A stretch of DNA of 42,199 nt from Bigelowiella natans CCMP2755 (GCA_000320545.1 ADNK01000139.1:1-42199); one strand, 5' to 3'. Positions 1-17,107 are shown, counted from the first letter of the stretch. Notes: a model not told the origin generated them from the sequence alone. Numbers and translations: made by a program.

Positions 1-72
<72 letters not shown>
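1..72. repeat. (AT)n microsatellite, truncated by window start
   Basis: Perfect atatat run from base 1 to 72. Confidence 0.98.
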
Positions 73-74
<2 letters not shown>

Positions 75-652
75 ATCAATTTAATAATGGCATCATTAAG
101 AACGCTAAGGGAGACAGTATACCACCTTCACATGCAGCTATGAAATTGGATTTTTCAGAAGGCTCATCATCAGAAATCTGTAGCAAGGACACTGCTTCTT
201 CGATTCCCGCCATTAACGTCGAAGAATTTTTGGGAGAAGAGAAAATGTTCCTTTTTTTTCTGACCAAACTTTGCTTCTCCAGAAGAGAAGCTGGAAATGC
301 GTGGGGAGGATGGTGGTTTGGATTTCCTTGTTTACGTGTAGACGAGTAGTACTTTTCTCGCAAACGATCAAAATTAGTTTCAATTTCGATTCCTTGACCA
401 CGATGCACAAGTACGACGGATGTACACGGTTGATAAAAGGAGATGTGCACCATGACACTCAAGAATAGCGCTGCTAAATGGTTTGTAGAATTCACGTATA
501 CTACGTTTGTAGAAGAATTACTGTGGTTCATGCCAAAATTTCGTTTTCTACTTGTGCGCCGTTGAAATTTGTTATCAGCTCTGTTGGCTTCTAGGTTTGT
601 ATTGCGGTTATATCCTCTAAGGTCTGCCGTTTCTGCTGAACCAAATTTACAG

Positions 653-1080
653 GTGTTGGCGTTGGAGGAGGATACTACCATGTCCACACTTGTTTGATCG
701 AGCGATTCAAACCTCAACAATGAGGGACAAAGGACTGAAAAGTAACGATTTTGATGATGCCGACAATGATGATGACGGGGGTCCAGGAGGAGGTGCCACC
801 GATCTACCTCGTATCAGAGGAGAGAGAAAGACTCTGGAGCAAACAAATACAGGTCTATGTAAGTAGCCAACGCCAAATTCAAACCCAAGAAGAATTTCAA
901 CTCCATAGACCGAATAAATATATTTTTAAAATATTATATCGGCTAATATTACTAGCATCGCATGAGATGCCAGTAGACCTACGACATGCACAGTGTCCAG
1001 TTTCTCTTATTATATTTTCTCCTGGATCTACATGTACCAAAAAGGCCCACAAAAGAGAGAGTAGTCTAAATCTATTGTAA
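653..1080 (+). CDS. Possible 3' exons of an unidentified (perhaps decayed) gene
   Basis: Open frame 653-858 after ttacag (...DDADNDDDGGPGGGATDLPRIRGERK...), GTAAGT donor at 859, actag acceptor at 955 in matching phase, stop at 1080. Upstream exons do not join cleanly; no family recognised. Confidence 0.25.
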
Positions 1081-1625
1081 CTGGAGTCTACGACAAAGAT
1101 TGATTGAATCCAAAGGAACAAAATAGAAGGTCTTCTAGCCTACGAGTAGTAGTTGTGAAGCACAAAAAAGGACAGCTTTTATTATGATCCGAGGAGCTAC
1201 GTCGTTATTCATTAAAACTTTCATCAAAAGGACAAAGGTAAAAATCCACAAGTTTTTTTTGTGTCGTTCACATATTTTATCGGCATATTTTGAACAAATA
1301 ATTCTGTCTGAATATTGGGGGTCAGGTCATCGAGTTTTCAGATCGATTTGGTAGCAAAGTGGCTCACGAGATGAAATTTCTCACATATTTTCACGTCTTC
1401 CAACCTAAAATTCCTAAAAATGGACAAAAAACCAAAATGAAACTCAAATTCAAAAGTTCATCGTAAATCTTAGATTCCGAGAGCAGGGAATACCCCCCCC
1501 CCCTCGTCCATCCCCAGTAAGCTTCATGAAGCGATGCCTGCGCAGAAAATTGCGCCATTTTTCCAAGTATAGTGAGTGGATACTATTATCCTGAACAACT
1601 TATATTCGTATACGGCAGTTCGACG

Positions 1626-6716
<5,091 letters not shown>

Positions 6717-7689
6717 TTAGGAGAAAAGAGGGTAGTATTATGATAAGAGGTATAGTAAGCTACAGTTGAAGTTAAAAAAGCAATAGAAATGCATTGGTAC
6801 ATATCCGACATGGTCATTCTCAACATGAATGCTGACTTACAGCACTAGTACTCCTGTGTTTAATTAGCATAGTGTCTGTTCTATGAAGCTAAGTAAATTG
6901 CGCCTGATAGTATGATTATATTATCTTTAATCAATAATCTTTTTTGTGGCGATTACGTACATTCGGCATATAAAATGTGTTGAACATGTGTACTTGCCTC
7001 CCGTAGTCCTAGACTCATCTAGTTATGCATACACATTATTTCACCTCCAATAACAACCCCTGCGTCTGGAACTTTTGACAGAGGCTATGCGGTAGCGCTA
7101 ATTGTTACTAGGTTATGCTACTTTGATACGGCCACGTTTAGACGTTACATAAACATACATCCATAATACAACATACATCGCAAACACTACTAGACTACTG
7201 TTCGTTGCATGATGTCAGATCGAACACTAACTATAAAAGCAATAGACAGTGCATAGAGAAAGTCAGCTCGATGCACATGAGCTGTCGTTCAGCAACACAT
7301 TGCAGCACAACTAGGCGAAAAGCAGTTCCAAGGTTTAATACAACACAGAGACACAGTTTATCATTTCATAATGATTTTATATGAGCATGTTACACAGCAG
7401 ATGTTGTAAAAGGGTTATGCGTAGACTGCATAGAATCATGTCTCTATATGTAGCAATGCGACTAGCGCTATTCGTTGCGAAAACTGCAGTGCATCTGCTA
7501 GACATTTTGATGCGATGCGATAAATGCTTATCACCACAACAACTTACTTTGCTGTTGCTCACCGTCACGCACCCATATTGGTTCCAGCCGCATAATTACT
7601 TGGCTCATCTGCGCAGCACAGTGCATGTGGCCTCTTACACCCATGCTATGAAAAAGTTTGGGCCCGCCTAGCCGCATGATGGAGTTTTC

Positions 7690-8787
7690 TCATCCTCTTG
7701 TAATCATGATCCATGGCAAATCATTCCCAGTAAAATCTCTGCAGGGCAAACAACAGCATGCTCCGGAGGAATGTGAATTCGTTGACACTATAACAACTCC
7801 AGGGGGGATGGAAGCATCGTCGTTGAGAGTAAAACAACTGCCATATCCACGCAGGTTCTGATCTCCTCTTTCAAAAGGAGGGTCATTGGGATCTCGAGCA
7901 ACCCATCCCTCATATCTATTGCCAACAATGCGAATTCTCTCAGATCTAAGCCTGCTGTCATTATGATTGCAGCAGAAAATGCAATAGCAGCAGCATGCGC
8001 CCACCGTAATAATGAGAACTATCACCACAGTAATACTGAATGAAGGCGAGGAAGATGCGAGTCTAGTAGATTCTGTGAGAGAGGTGGATGACGATGTAAC
8101 TTGAGAAGCATCTGAAGACTTAGATACGTTCTGCCAACCTTCTACGGATGATGCATTGACTGCTTTACTGTCGTCGTCCTTGCCCTGCTGCTGCTGCTGC
8201 AGTGGTGGTGGCCTGAGTGATGTTGTAGATTGTTGCTTCGATGGTTTGATTTGGCTCCCATTTTTTTCTTTACTGTTTCCTTTCTGGAGCGGTTGTGTAT
8301 TTACAACCGACTTTGACGCTGGTTCTCTTTTTGAGTTTACTCTTTTGGTTATGTTCTTGGTGCTGTGGTGATGATGAATATATTTCGATGGGCGTTCAAC
8401 CTTTGGCACAATTGTAAAGTTGCCAATCGTAGGGTATGATAAGAATAAAAGCTGAAATCCATAAACTGTTGCATTCAAGACATCTCCTTCCTTTAAAGTT
8501 GAGAAAAGTTTAGCTCTTTGGGAGGCTGGCGCTTCTATGAATAATCCCCATTCTCCACTGAGTTTGTAGAACTGAGCATCGGAATCTTCAACCCAATACT
8601 CAAACCCTCGGTCCTCAGTTGTAACTTTTAATTTAGACACATGAATTAGATTTCCATCGGACCAGTCAAACGCGTATGATGCTGTCAGTGCGATCCATAT
8701 CAGGAACACGGAAATGCTGCAAACAAGAAAATAAATTAATCGAGCCCCAAAGCATAGCCGAAGATGTTTATTTCTCACGTGAGGCAA
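7690..8787 (-). CDS. Membrane protein: N-terminal TM, DUF1523-like module, S/T/Q linker, second TM, Cys-rich tail
   Basis: 365-codon uninterrupted frame. Hydrophobic segments LIYFLVCSISVFLIWIAL and ITVVIVLIITVGA followed by CCCYCIFCC. LKEGDVLNATVYGFQLLFLSYPTI resembles the C-terminal motif of DUF1523-type proteins (from memory). The frame starts at TTG, so the true ATG is probably on a small upstream exon (candidate ATG at 8861). Confidence 0.75.
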   Translation of the reverse strand: MPHVRNKHLRLCFGARLIYFLVCSISVFLIWIALTASYAFDWSDGNLIHVSKLKVTTEDRGFEYWVEDSDAQFYKLSGEWGLFIEAPASQRAKLFSTLKEGDVLNATVYGFQLLFLSYPTIGNFTIVPKVERPSKYIHHHHSTKNITKRVNSKREPASKSVVNTQPLQKGNSKEKNGSQIKPSKQQSTTSLRPPPLQQQQQGKDDDSKAVNASSVEGWQNVSKSSDASQVTSSSTSLTESTRLASSSPSFSITVVIVLIITVGACCCYCIFCCNHNDSRLRSERIRIVGNRYEGWVARDPNDPPFERGDQNLRGYGSCFTLNDDASIPPGVVIVSTNSHSSGACCCLPCRDFTGNDLPWIMITRG

Positions 8788-9220
8788 CAGTTGAGACGGT
8801 CAGTCCTTGCCATTGATTTTCTTTACTCATCCCTCGCGTCATTCCTGTTGAAAGTACTCATGATAGATGTGGAACGTTGGCTTCGAATTAGGGCTTCAGA
8901 GCTCATTGCAGTGCGAATCTCGGAAGCACGAGAAATATCCTAAGATTGGTATAGGTAGTTATGCTTGTGCGACAAGAGCAACAATATTGTCGCACAACAC
9001 CTTCCTCATCCTATGTTCCGAGGTGCTGTTTATGGATAGTTTAGTATCGGCGACAAGTGCTGTACCATGTCTTAGCTCATAATTAGCCTACCTTACTCCC
9101 TCCCTCTTCAGTGTCTCATACTTCAGCATCCTCGTACTTGAACAGCACTTCCATTCGCTGCCTCCTCCTTCAGGATGTTCTTCTTTGCACAATTTTTATC
9201 TTTGAAATAAGTTTTTCTTT

Positions 9221-9669
9221 ATGAGTAAAGCTGTAACGAAGAAAGAACTGGCCCCAAAGAAGATAGTGTCGATCACTGAAACAAAGGAAACGGAGAAAGC
9301 AACAGACAGAGAGGTTAGACAAGAAATAGCTAACTGGCTGGAGGAGGAATTGGAGATTATTAGATGGGAAGAACAGGTATTTATTCAACGCAATCTTCTA
9401 CACTTTTCCCGAAGCTTCCTTGCCCTGTTGCTCCAAATTTGCTATCTAGTTAACTTTGTGATAACGCACAATGTCCAAAAGGTTAAAAAGGCCTCTGAAA
9501 GTCATAAACTAGATGCCTTTGACAGGTGTGTTGCTAATTGTTCCCAAAATATGCACTCAATGAATGAAGTCATTTTATTATGTATAGTTACATTAAGGAG
9601 ATAAGGGACGGAGTAATTGCACAGGACAAGGGAAAAGAAGCAAGTGGCTCATCTTCTCCACAAAGTTGA
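9221..9669 (+). CDS. Small charged hypothetical protein (5' end uncertain)
   Basis: Exons 9221-9376, 9482-9525, 9588-9669 join in phase via GT-AG introns: ...NWLEEELEIIRWEEQ/VKKASESHKLDAFD/SYIKEIRDGVIAQDKGKEASGSSSPQS*. Confidence 0.5.
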
Positions 9670-10399
9670 TAGTTTAGCCAACAGGGAAATTTGGCTCAAT
9701 AATATGGCTAAAAACTGAAAAAACGGTTTGCTTGGCACGCCTTTCGTTTCCTCGGAAGTGTAGCGATCCAACTAAGATTCGCTGACGGGCAACCACGCCC
9801 ATTTAATTGTGCACCGAATGTTGCTTTCGAACTCACTCTTCACCTCAGACTTCTTGGTTTAGATCCTATATCGGAATAATTTAGGCAATTATTTTTTTTG
9901 GTGTAGGATCCTTACAGAATACTTACTAATAGAGTGGTAATGAATATATTAATGATGCGCGAAATCATTGATATGCTGTATATTCCGTCATAGCCTGTCT
10001 TTCCATTTTCTCTTTGAAATTTTGTTGAGATTGACACAGCTGTCAGCTGATCCATCGTATTATTTTCTATCACAACCCTTTGTTCTTTTATATGACCTGA
10101 TCGTCGGATACCATGCATACCCATCTAGAAATTACATCGACATCCCTGGCAAAAACTCTAGCAAGTTTTTTGCCAGAGCGATTTCAATGGCAGGTGATTA
10201 CCACAAGTGATGTCTTTGAGAGAGGATTTTCAATGCGGCTCTCCATTTCACAACCATGGAAGACAGTACCGTTTTCATGGCTTCAGATCTCGAATCACAC
10301 GATGGACAACGTAGCATGTGTTGCATTGATATCTCTAGATCTTGTTCGCAGATGGCATAATTGAAAACTTAAAACTTAAACCAGCTTTCGCGCATGTGA

Positions 10400-11569
10400 A
10401 ACACATGACACGATTTCAATCATGCATGACAACGTGTACATCTATGCCCCAATGAGCGAACATCACAAGCTAGCAAGGTGCTAGATCAATGCAACATCGT
10501 TGATGTGGTCACCGTCGGCATCAAAGCGAATGCGACCCCAAATTTAACAAAAGCTACTCGCACATTCGAATGCGGAGTGCATACTAGATGGGATTAAGTT
10601 GCAACTCTAGAACTCTGAACTGTCATGGTGTCCGCCATTGTCATTGATGATGTTGATTGTGGCGCACGGTTGCACGCCACAGTCCACACACGACGTGCGG
10701 TGTCCTGAGACGCTGCACAGCGACGTGATGTGCGTCGCTCGTGGAACAATCTCAGAACGTGCGCATGGAGTCCTCGCTTCTGAGAAAGTTCCTCAGTTCT
10801 TCCTCGGACTGACAATGCTCCCGGACCTGTCTGGGAACGTTCCGCACGTTGCTGCGTTCAAACGGCACGACAATGATGTCGGGACGAAGTGCAACGAAAT
10901 CAACACGTGATTGTGATGCAAGCAGAAGGACCTTCTCGGAGCCGCACGCGCAACTTGAGCCTGCTTGCATGCAAACACAACTCAAACACTGACACAACTC
11001 AAACGGACACACAACTCAAAAGGCAACAACAACTCAAACGCCACAGCAACTTCAAACTCATCAACGTCCTCATGGCAATCATCACTTCACTTGTTCTTGT
11101 CGCGCTGCACGTCACCTTGGCTTTCAGCCTTGCGCTGCTGCTGCACGCATGCACTTCGACTCCACCAACACAGGACGACAAAATCGTGGATCGCTGTCTC
11201 GGCAGGCCCCGCGCAAAGCAGGCATGGGAACCTTGTCCTGTCGGCAGGGCCACGTCTCTCAACTCGTCAGCTGAGAGCAAATGCGCGCTCGGCACATCTA
11301 GACATCCCCATTGGCACACGCCGCTGACGAGGGCGATGTGCACTCCAGAGTGAGCGCGACATGATGCTTACGAAATTGACTTGTCTACTTGAGATGATCA
11401 CACACAGAGCGCAAATGAATTCGACTCAAGAAGAGAACACAGCCAGGACTAAAGGAGCACAACTTCGTACTTCACCTACCTGCAAGCCAACACATCTAGA
11501 CATGGTGTCTACATCAGGACCTTGGACAACACGCACGCACGGCGCAGTAGTCATGAGACGGATGCAATG

Positions 11570-11570
<1 letters not shown>
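10400..11570 (+). pseudogene. Hypermutated, TpA-depleted relic of an intronless element with short ORFs (possible mobile or viral origin)
   Basis: No TA dinucleotide in 10610-11298. ORFs 10638-10910 and 11072-11353 lack Tyr and are His/Cys-rich; the second begins with a TM-like stretch. No family recognised. Confidence 0.45.
10977..11038 (+). repeat. Four copies of ACAACTCAAA at 17-18 nt period
   Basis: Copies start at 10977, 10994, 11011, 11029; a degenerate fifth follows near 11046. Confidence 0.85.

Positions 11571-11571
<1 letters not shown>

Positions 11572-11604
<33 letters not shown>
11572..11604. repeat. (CA)n microsatellite
   Basis: Perfect acacac run. Confidence 0.95.
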
Positions 11605-11606
<2 letters not shown>

Positions 11607-11943
11607 AGTGCCTTTGACCAGTAATGTCGTATCGCCATAGTTTTCGATCGGGCATACGTGAGATCAAGCGTTTCTACAAGCGCGTACGGCTCCAATTATG
11701 TAAATATTTAATTGGCAAGCATGTCAGCTTATTGGATGCCACATACCCCAAAATATTATCAAACAGCACATCATGCATGCTTTCGAAGTGTCGAATAATG
11801 GCTTTGTATATGGAAACATAAAAATAATGCACAAATTACATTTCATATTTCATTGTTACTTACGTGCAACCTTTTTTTCGTGGCTTTACTAGCATTAATA
11901 ACTATCACACAAGAAATTGTTCATTTTAGCATCACACTTTCAT

Positions 11944-13548
11944 CTATGCGCCTGAGTATCTATGAATTGGACATACTGTAGCGAGAAGCATTATCTCAGG
12001 TCTACCTGGAGACGATGATGTCATCGACATCGCTGAACATATCCTATCACATATCCGACGACATTCCTCCCATGAGCCCCTAATGAATGGAGGAGAGGGA
12101 GAAGAACAAAAGTAAAAGAAGGAATTAGAGGAATGAGGGAAAAAATGAACCAAAACCGGAAATTACAAAATCTAAATCGCAAAATCATAGTTCAAGCAAG
12201 AACAGCACAGTTGTGGTAGACTAACGTAGCAGAATAGTACCAGAAAACCTCGCCGTGACTTTTATTGCCTCCGAAAAGGGGGTTTCCTATCCTCAATGCC
12301 TTCCACGTCGCATGATACGCCGAGATTTGTAGAGAAGTTTGCAACCTTCGGATTGCATCGCCAGCGGTTATACGATCATCGTAGAACAATACCACGCACC
12401 ATATTTTTGCGCAAAGCACCTGTAGTCTTGTTCGCCAACATGGGGCAGAAAATAGCATTGTAAACTCCATCATGCGAGGATAGGCGATTGAGCGTGAGAG
12501 GATATGGCTAGGCAGAGCGGTATAGAACGACTTCCAATTCCAACCCAATGGAGTACCTGCTTTCCAGTAAAATCCTGCCACAGTCCCTACACAATAACTC
12601 TCCCTCATTTCTAGCTTCGCTAAAGCAGCACTCTCAGCATCTAGCCCTGTTGACATATTCCCCCCCAATTTTCTTTCTAGTGAAGAACCGTCGCTTTTCA
12701 CCTCCTCTCCCATGATTTCTTCGTTTTCTGTTCCATATGCACGGAGATAAATTTGTGAATTTTGATTGTAAAGGATGTTACTTACTGTTTTTCACTCCAC
12801 AGTTTCTAAATGTAGTACTTGTATGGAATTCCCCAGATTCATTCTTGTAGGATGGCACATGATTGAAGGTTTTAACCTCCTTGTCAGTTAGCTTCCTCAC
12901 CGCAACTTGTGTAATTAATGGCATTTCCTCCATCCAGTAATTTAAAGGCATCTCAGTTTTCAAGCGCTTTCGCTCAACCTTTTCGCTTTCACGAGTGATT
13001 CTACATATCCTCCTCACGTGCCATTCCCAAATTCTGGATCGAGCAACGACTTTAGCAATTTGTGAGTTTAAAGTTGCGAATCGGGCCGTTGACTTGGCAT
13101 CGAGGAACTGACAGTGTGGATAATGGAACATAAAAGATATATTTATCGTTTGATGCTTCAGGTTCAGAGACAAAATTTGGTTTGTATTCGATAGTGGGAA
13201 TGCTTGATTGTACTTACTTTGCTTACTGTTGCAATGACATATCTTTTGCCCAAGAGAAGCTCACCAATCAGCTTCATCTGTGGTTCCCCCCCAGTCAAAT
13301 CAACGATGGGATGCTTAGCTTCGCCTTCGACGATACTGGCTTCATCAGGCAAATGAGGCTGCAGTGAGACGAAGGAGCCCATAAGTCATCAACAAACAAG
13401 CACACGTGCAGCACCCTCCTCGGGTATAACTCATAAGAGGCGATTTTGCTGAGGAAACCATGTCGCAGAAGGAAAACCACATGGTTGGTAAACATGAGGA
13501 GGAGTTTATCGTGTTAGATCTACTGGGGGTACTTGTTGGTTCGTACAT
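11944..13548 (-). CDS. F-box-like protein, multi-exon (start uncertain)
   Basis: Spliced join gives LLGKRYVIATVSK/FLDAKSTARFATLNSQIAKVVARSRIWEWH, fitting the F-box pattern (FLD.ks..r...n.......lW). ORFs 13164-13382, 12778-13173, 12192-12713 and 11944-12153 connect through phase-consistent GT-AG introns. Confidence 0.65.
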
Positions 13549-13644
13549 TCTGAGAAGTATTCAGTCATTATCTCATGTCGCAGGGAATAAATAGAGGCTA
13601 TATTTCTTTATCTACGACAGCACATAGAGAAGTCCTCAAAAACC

Positions 13645-14882
13645 ATGTCATCCATTTCATTCCTCCTCATCTCCATGTCGCTGCGCATGGCGGCTGGATG
13701 TTGGTACGACGCAGACTGCAACTGGAATGGCAAATGTGTGGATACTGATCACTGCGAGTGCCGTCCAGGCTGGACGGGGGACTTCTGTGATGTGCTAGAT
13801 CTAAGGCCAACAAACCCAAAGGTAGGAAGGAACAGTGTCTCAGATTTAGAAAATTATATATGGGTATCATGATGATTCTGTAGGGAACTCTTAGGATGCT
13901 AGTAAAATTTTTGAAGAATTTAACGTTATACACCCTTTTACAGGCAGGATACCAATATTTCGTCGATGGACAAAATGTTTCATCATGGGGCGGCTCTGTA
14001 GTATATGGGAATGATGGATTATACCACATGTACGCTGCTGAGATGTCAGGATTCTGTGGACTTAGCGTATGGCTTGCAAATTCTATCATCATTCACGCTA
14101 CATCCCCAGATCCATTGAAAGTGCCATTCAAACGCCAGAGCACAGTGTGGGACATATTTGCCCATGAACCATCCGCGGCTGTTGCTCCCACTGGGGAATA
14201 TGTCATTTATTTTACGGCCACTATTGAACCCAATCAAAAGAACCCTCCCGTAAAAAATGGATCTTGTGAGGGATGTCATAACGGTAATACTGCTTTGGAT
14301 TGCCGGTACGATGATAGAGACTGGGGAGTGAACCTGCCTACGTACATGATCTACAGTGACAAAGCGGATGGACCTTGGTCTGACCCTGTATTAGTTCCTG
14401 GAACTGACATCGACGTTGATTCTAACCTTGCAGTCTGGATCAACGACGACGGCTCCCTGGTGGGTCTTACACGCCACAACGTTTACATGGCGTCAGATTG
14501 GAGGAACATGTCCACATATAAGATTGTCAATAAGTGGCAGCACCCAGACATGGGCGAGGATCCCACGATTTGGAGGGATGAAAATGGGATTTACCATGGA
14601 ATGATCCATATTTATCGAACTGATTCAGTAGGGCTGCACTATTACAGCGAGGATGGAATTCACTGGTCCCAAAGCCTAGGAGGAGGCAATGCCTTCACGT
14701 GCAACATTAGCTACACTGATGGCACGGATAGATATCTTGCGTGCAGGGAGAGGCCTCATTTAGTTTTCAATCAGACTGGCCATATCATTGCGCTAACAAA
14801 TGGTGCTGCAGATGTATCATGCGGGGATGCTGTCAAATACGATCGCACTTATACATCTCTCCAGCGTGTTGGGGACAATTAA
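13645..14882 (+). CDS. Secreted protein: EGF-like domain plus five-bladed beta-propeller glycoside hydrolase (GH43/62/32/68-like), 371 aa
   Basis: Exons 13645-13821 and 13944-14882. Signal peptide MSSISFLLISMSLRMAAG; EGF-like CNWNGKC..CECRPGWTGDFC; propeller motifs SSWGGSVV, AHEP, DGPWS, GEDPTIW, SEDGIHW, RERPHL. Confidence 0.85.
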
Positions 14883-15773
14883 GCAAACATGTGTAACAAT
14901 AATTTATTACTCAACTTTGTAAAAATAATCTATTATTTAACATTGTGCAGGCAAGTGAGGTGAATTGTTTCCATACTTGTGTGGACCACGTGCTGTGCAC
15001 TAGGGTGCGTTACACATGTCTAGATGTAAGTGGTGAGCGTATGGCGTATGTGAGCGTGATGAATGAACTTCATTAATCTACATTTTGCATACTGTATTAG
15101 CACTTATGAGACGGATATAATGAAATGATTACATTTTTTGCAATCCATGCGCAAGGCATGCAGCATAACTAGACAAGCTAGCAGGGACATCCGCAATGTG
15201 GTTTCATGTGCATGTGCGCACAACTGCCTGTAGCTGATTATGTCATTCGATATAACACCATGTCCGATCCATCATTATTACTTGTAACATTACTAACTAT
15301 TGTGCTACTATGTCATGCCATCTCACTTGCACTGGCATGGATGCTAGCCAACATGCGTTCATTTATATACTCTGCTAGTGCTGATTATAACTACTGCACG
15401 TTGTCTAGATTGTGTCTGGGCTATGCAATTCTAGAATGCTACTAATGAGCCTCACATGCACACGTGTCTAGAATCACAGCTCGTGGTAGCGACTTGGCAT
15501 GTGTCTTTCAAATTATAGAGACACATGTACCCTCTAGTCAAACAGTAATAGCAGATAGTAGTAGCATGCAGAGGCATGCAACGCTATGCGTATAAGCATG
15601 CGGGGACATCAAGGCAATACGCAAAATATCAACGTGAATGCCACAATTCTGACGCTATTCACGGAACAACGTGAACCATTGAAACTAAACTCGCGCTTGA
15701 ACAATCCTTATTGGAAAGCTGATAAACCAAAATACGATACGCATTTTTTTGGCCTCACAAGTTGCACCTCAGA

Positions 15774-16662
15774 TTACCAATGAGCTGTGGTTCGCATTTT
15801 TTGGTAGCGTCCTATAATCGAGGATAATACAAAAAATAAATGTATCAAATGCACAGGTGCAATGCTATGAAATTTCGGATTACCTTTCGGTGCTTTTTTA
15901 CTCACCTTATCAGCCCATTTCCCATGCAAGTGTGTACCCTTTTTATGAGATGATGAAGTCAGATTCACTATCACATCTAAGAAATGGGTATAAAGTATGA
16001 CCTTTGACTGACTCCTAGGATCGGAGTTCCCACTAAAACATGCTTTGTGATATCTGAAAAGGCAAGATTGTGGCTTCAAGACAAACTTTGCAGTGAAAGA
16101 ATATGCACTGATTTGATACCTCATCTCAATGCGTCCCCCTCTTCTGATTGCTATCAATTCTCCAATTTTTTTGAACGGTTTTTTGCATTCTCTACAAATC
16201 GGCAGCAACAATAAGGAAAACAGATAAAGTACAACAAAATATTTTTTATTCTTTCAAATAAAACAACCTGCAGGAATGCCCCAGATCCCTTGCGACACAA
16301 GGTCTATATCTATGTTTCCAGTATTCAGACGAATGTTCAGCCCTGGTATTGAAGGAAAGCATAAAGTGAGGACCGCCAGGACCAAATTCAAAATTTTAAT
16401 AGCGAAATCATTTCCAAAAAAGCCAGCACGGCGGTAAGTACTCTTTAATAGCAGGGGCGGACTGGTTGTTCTTTTGCTCAGCATTCTCCCCTCCCATTCG
16501 ATTCAGATTGCCATTTTGATGCTGGAACATCATAGGAGCGGCAGATGTGTGTTCATTATGTAAAGCAGTAGTAATCTTACGAAGCAAGCTGCCTCCTGGT
16601 ACTTTTGAATTGCTACGACGCATCCTCCTTCTGCCAGTGTGACCAATTGCAGCAACAGGCAT
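15774..16662 (-). CDS. Conserved-looking hypothetical protein with CxxC...HxxC putative zinc site, 6 exons
   Basis: Phase-consistent splicing gives ...YWKHRYRPCVARDLGHSC/RECKKPFKKIGELIAIRRGGRIEM/RYHKACFSGNSDPRSQSK/GTHLHGKWADKVSKKAPK/GRYQKMRTTAHW*. Confidence 0.75.
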
Positions 16663-17104
16663 CACAGTTTGAAATTCAAATCACAAAAAGGTTAGATTTA
16701 CTACGAAGCGAGCGTACTGGTCGGCATTTGCGAAAGAGTTCGGAAGTGGTAGCAGAGTAGTAGTTGCAGTAACGTCGTAGGCCTGCTCAAAATGTCCCCA
16801 GTACTCTAGTTGTAATAACTCATAATTATACATGCACTACTATAATAATTATTATCCTATTCATCACATACGTCAAACATACACCCATTGTCTCAGCATA
16901 AAACCTCTCTTTGTTTCCAATAAGTGTTTGCGCAAAAGGCCTTATTTTATATTTGGCATTTGCATTGTGAGTCGCAGGAATGGAATGGGTGGCCTTTTTG
17001 GACGGACCTCCTCCTCCTCCTCAAGTATAATACGTATACGACTCGTATGAAGTACTACAAGTACCACACTTCATGAGCACGCTACTAGAATAATCAGTCA
17101 ATAA

Positions 17105-17107
<3 letters not shown>

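Noticed and set aside
76-720. 214-aa minus-strand ORF as a gene
   Set aside because: TTG start, no recognisable motifs, and overlapping plus-strand segments show better splice signals; strand cannot be settled.
1200-1560. MITE-like sequence and 12-bp palindrome gcttcatgaagc upstream of DAHPS
   Set aside because: No terminal inverted repeats, target-site duplication or second copy found in the window; a palindrome of this length can occur by chance.
10400-11570. CpG methylation decay or classical RIP as the cause of TG/CA richness
   Set aside because: CpG is plentiful here and TpA is absent; both mechanisms predict CpG or CpA loss with TpA retained or gained.
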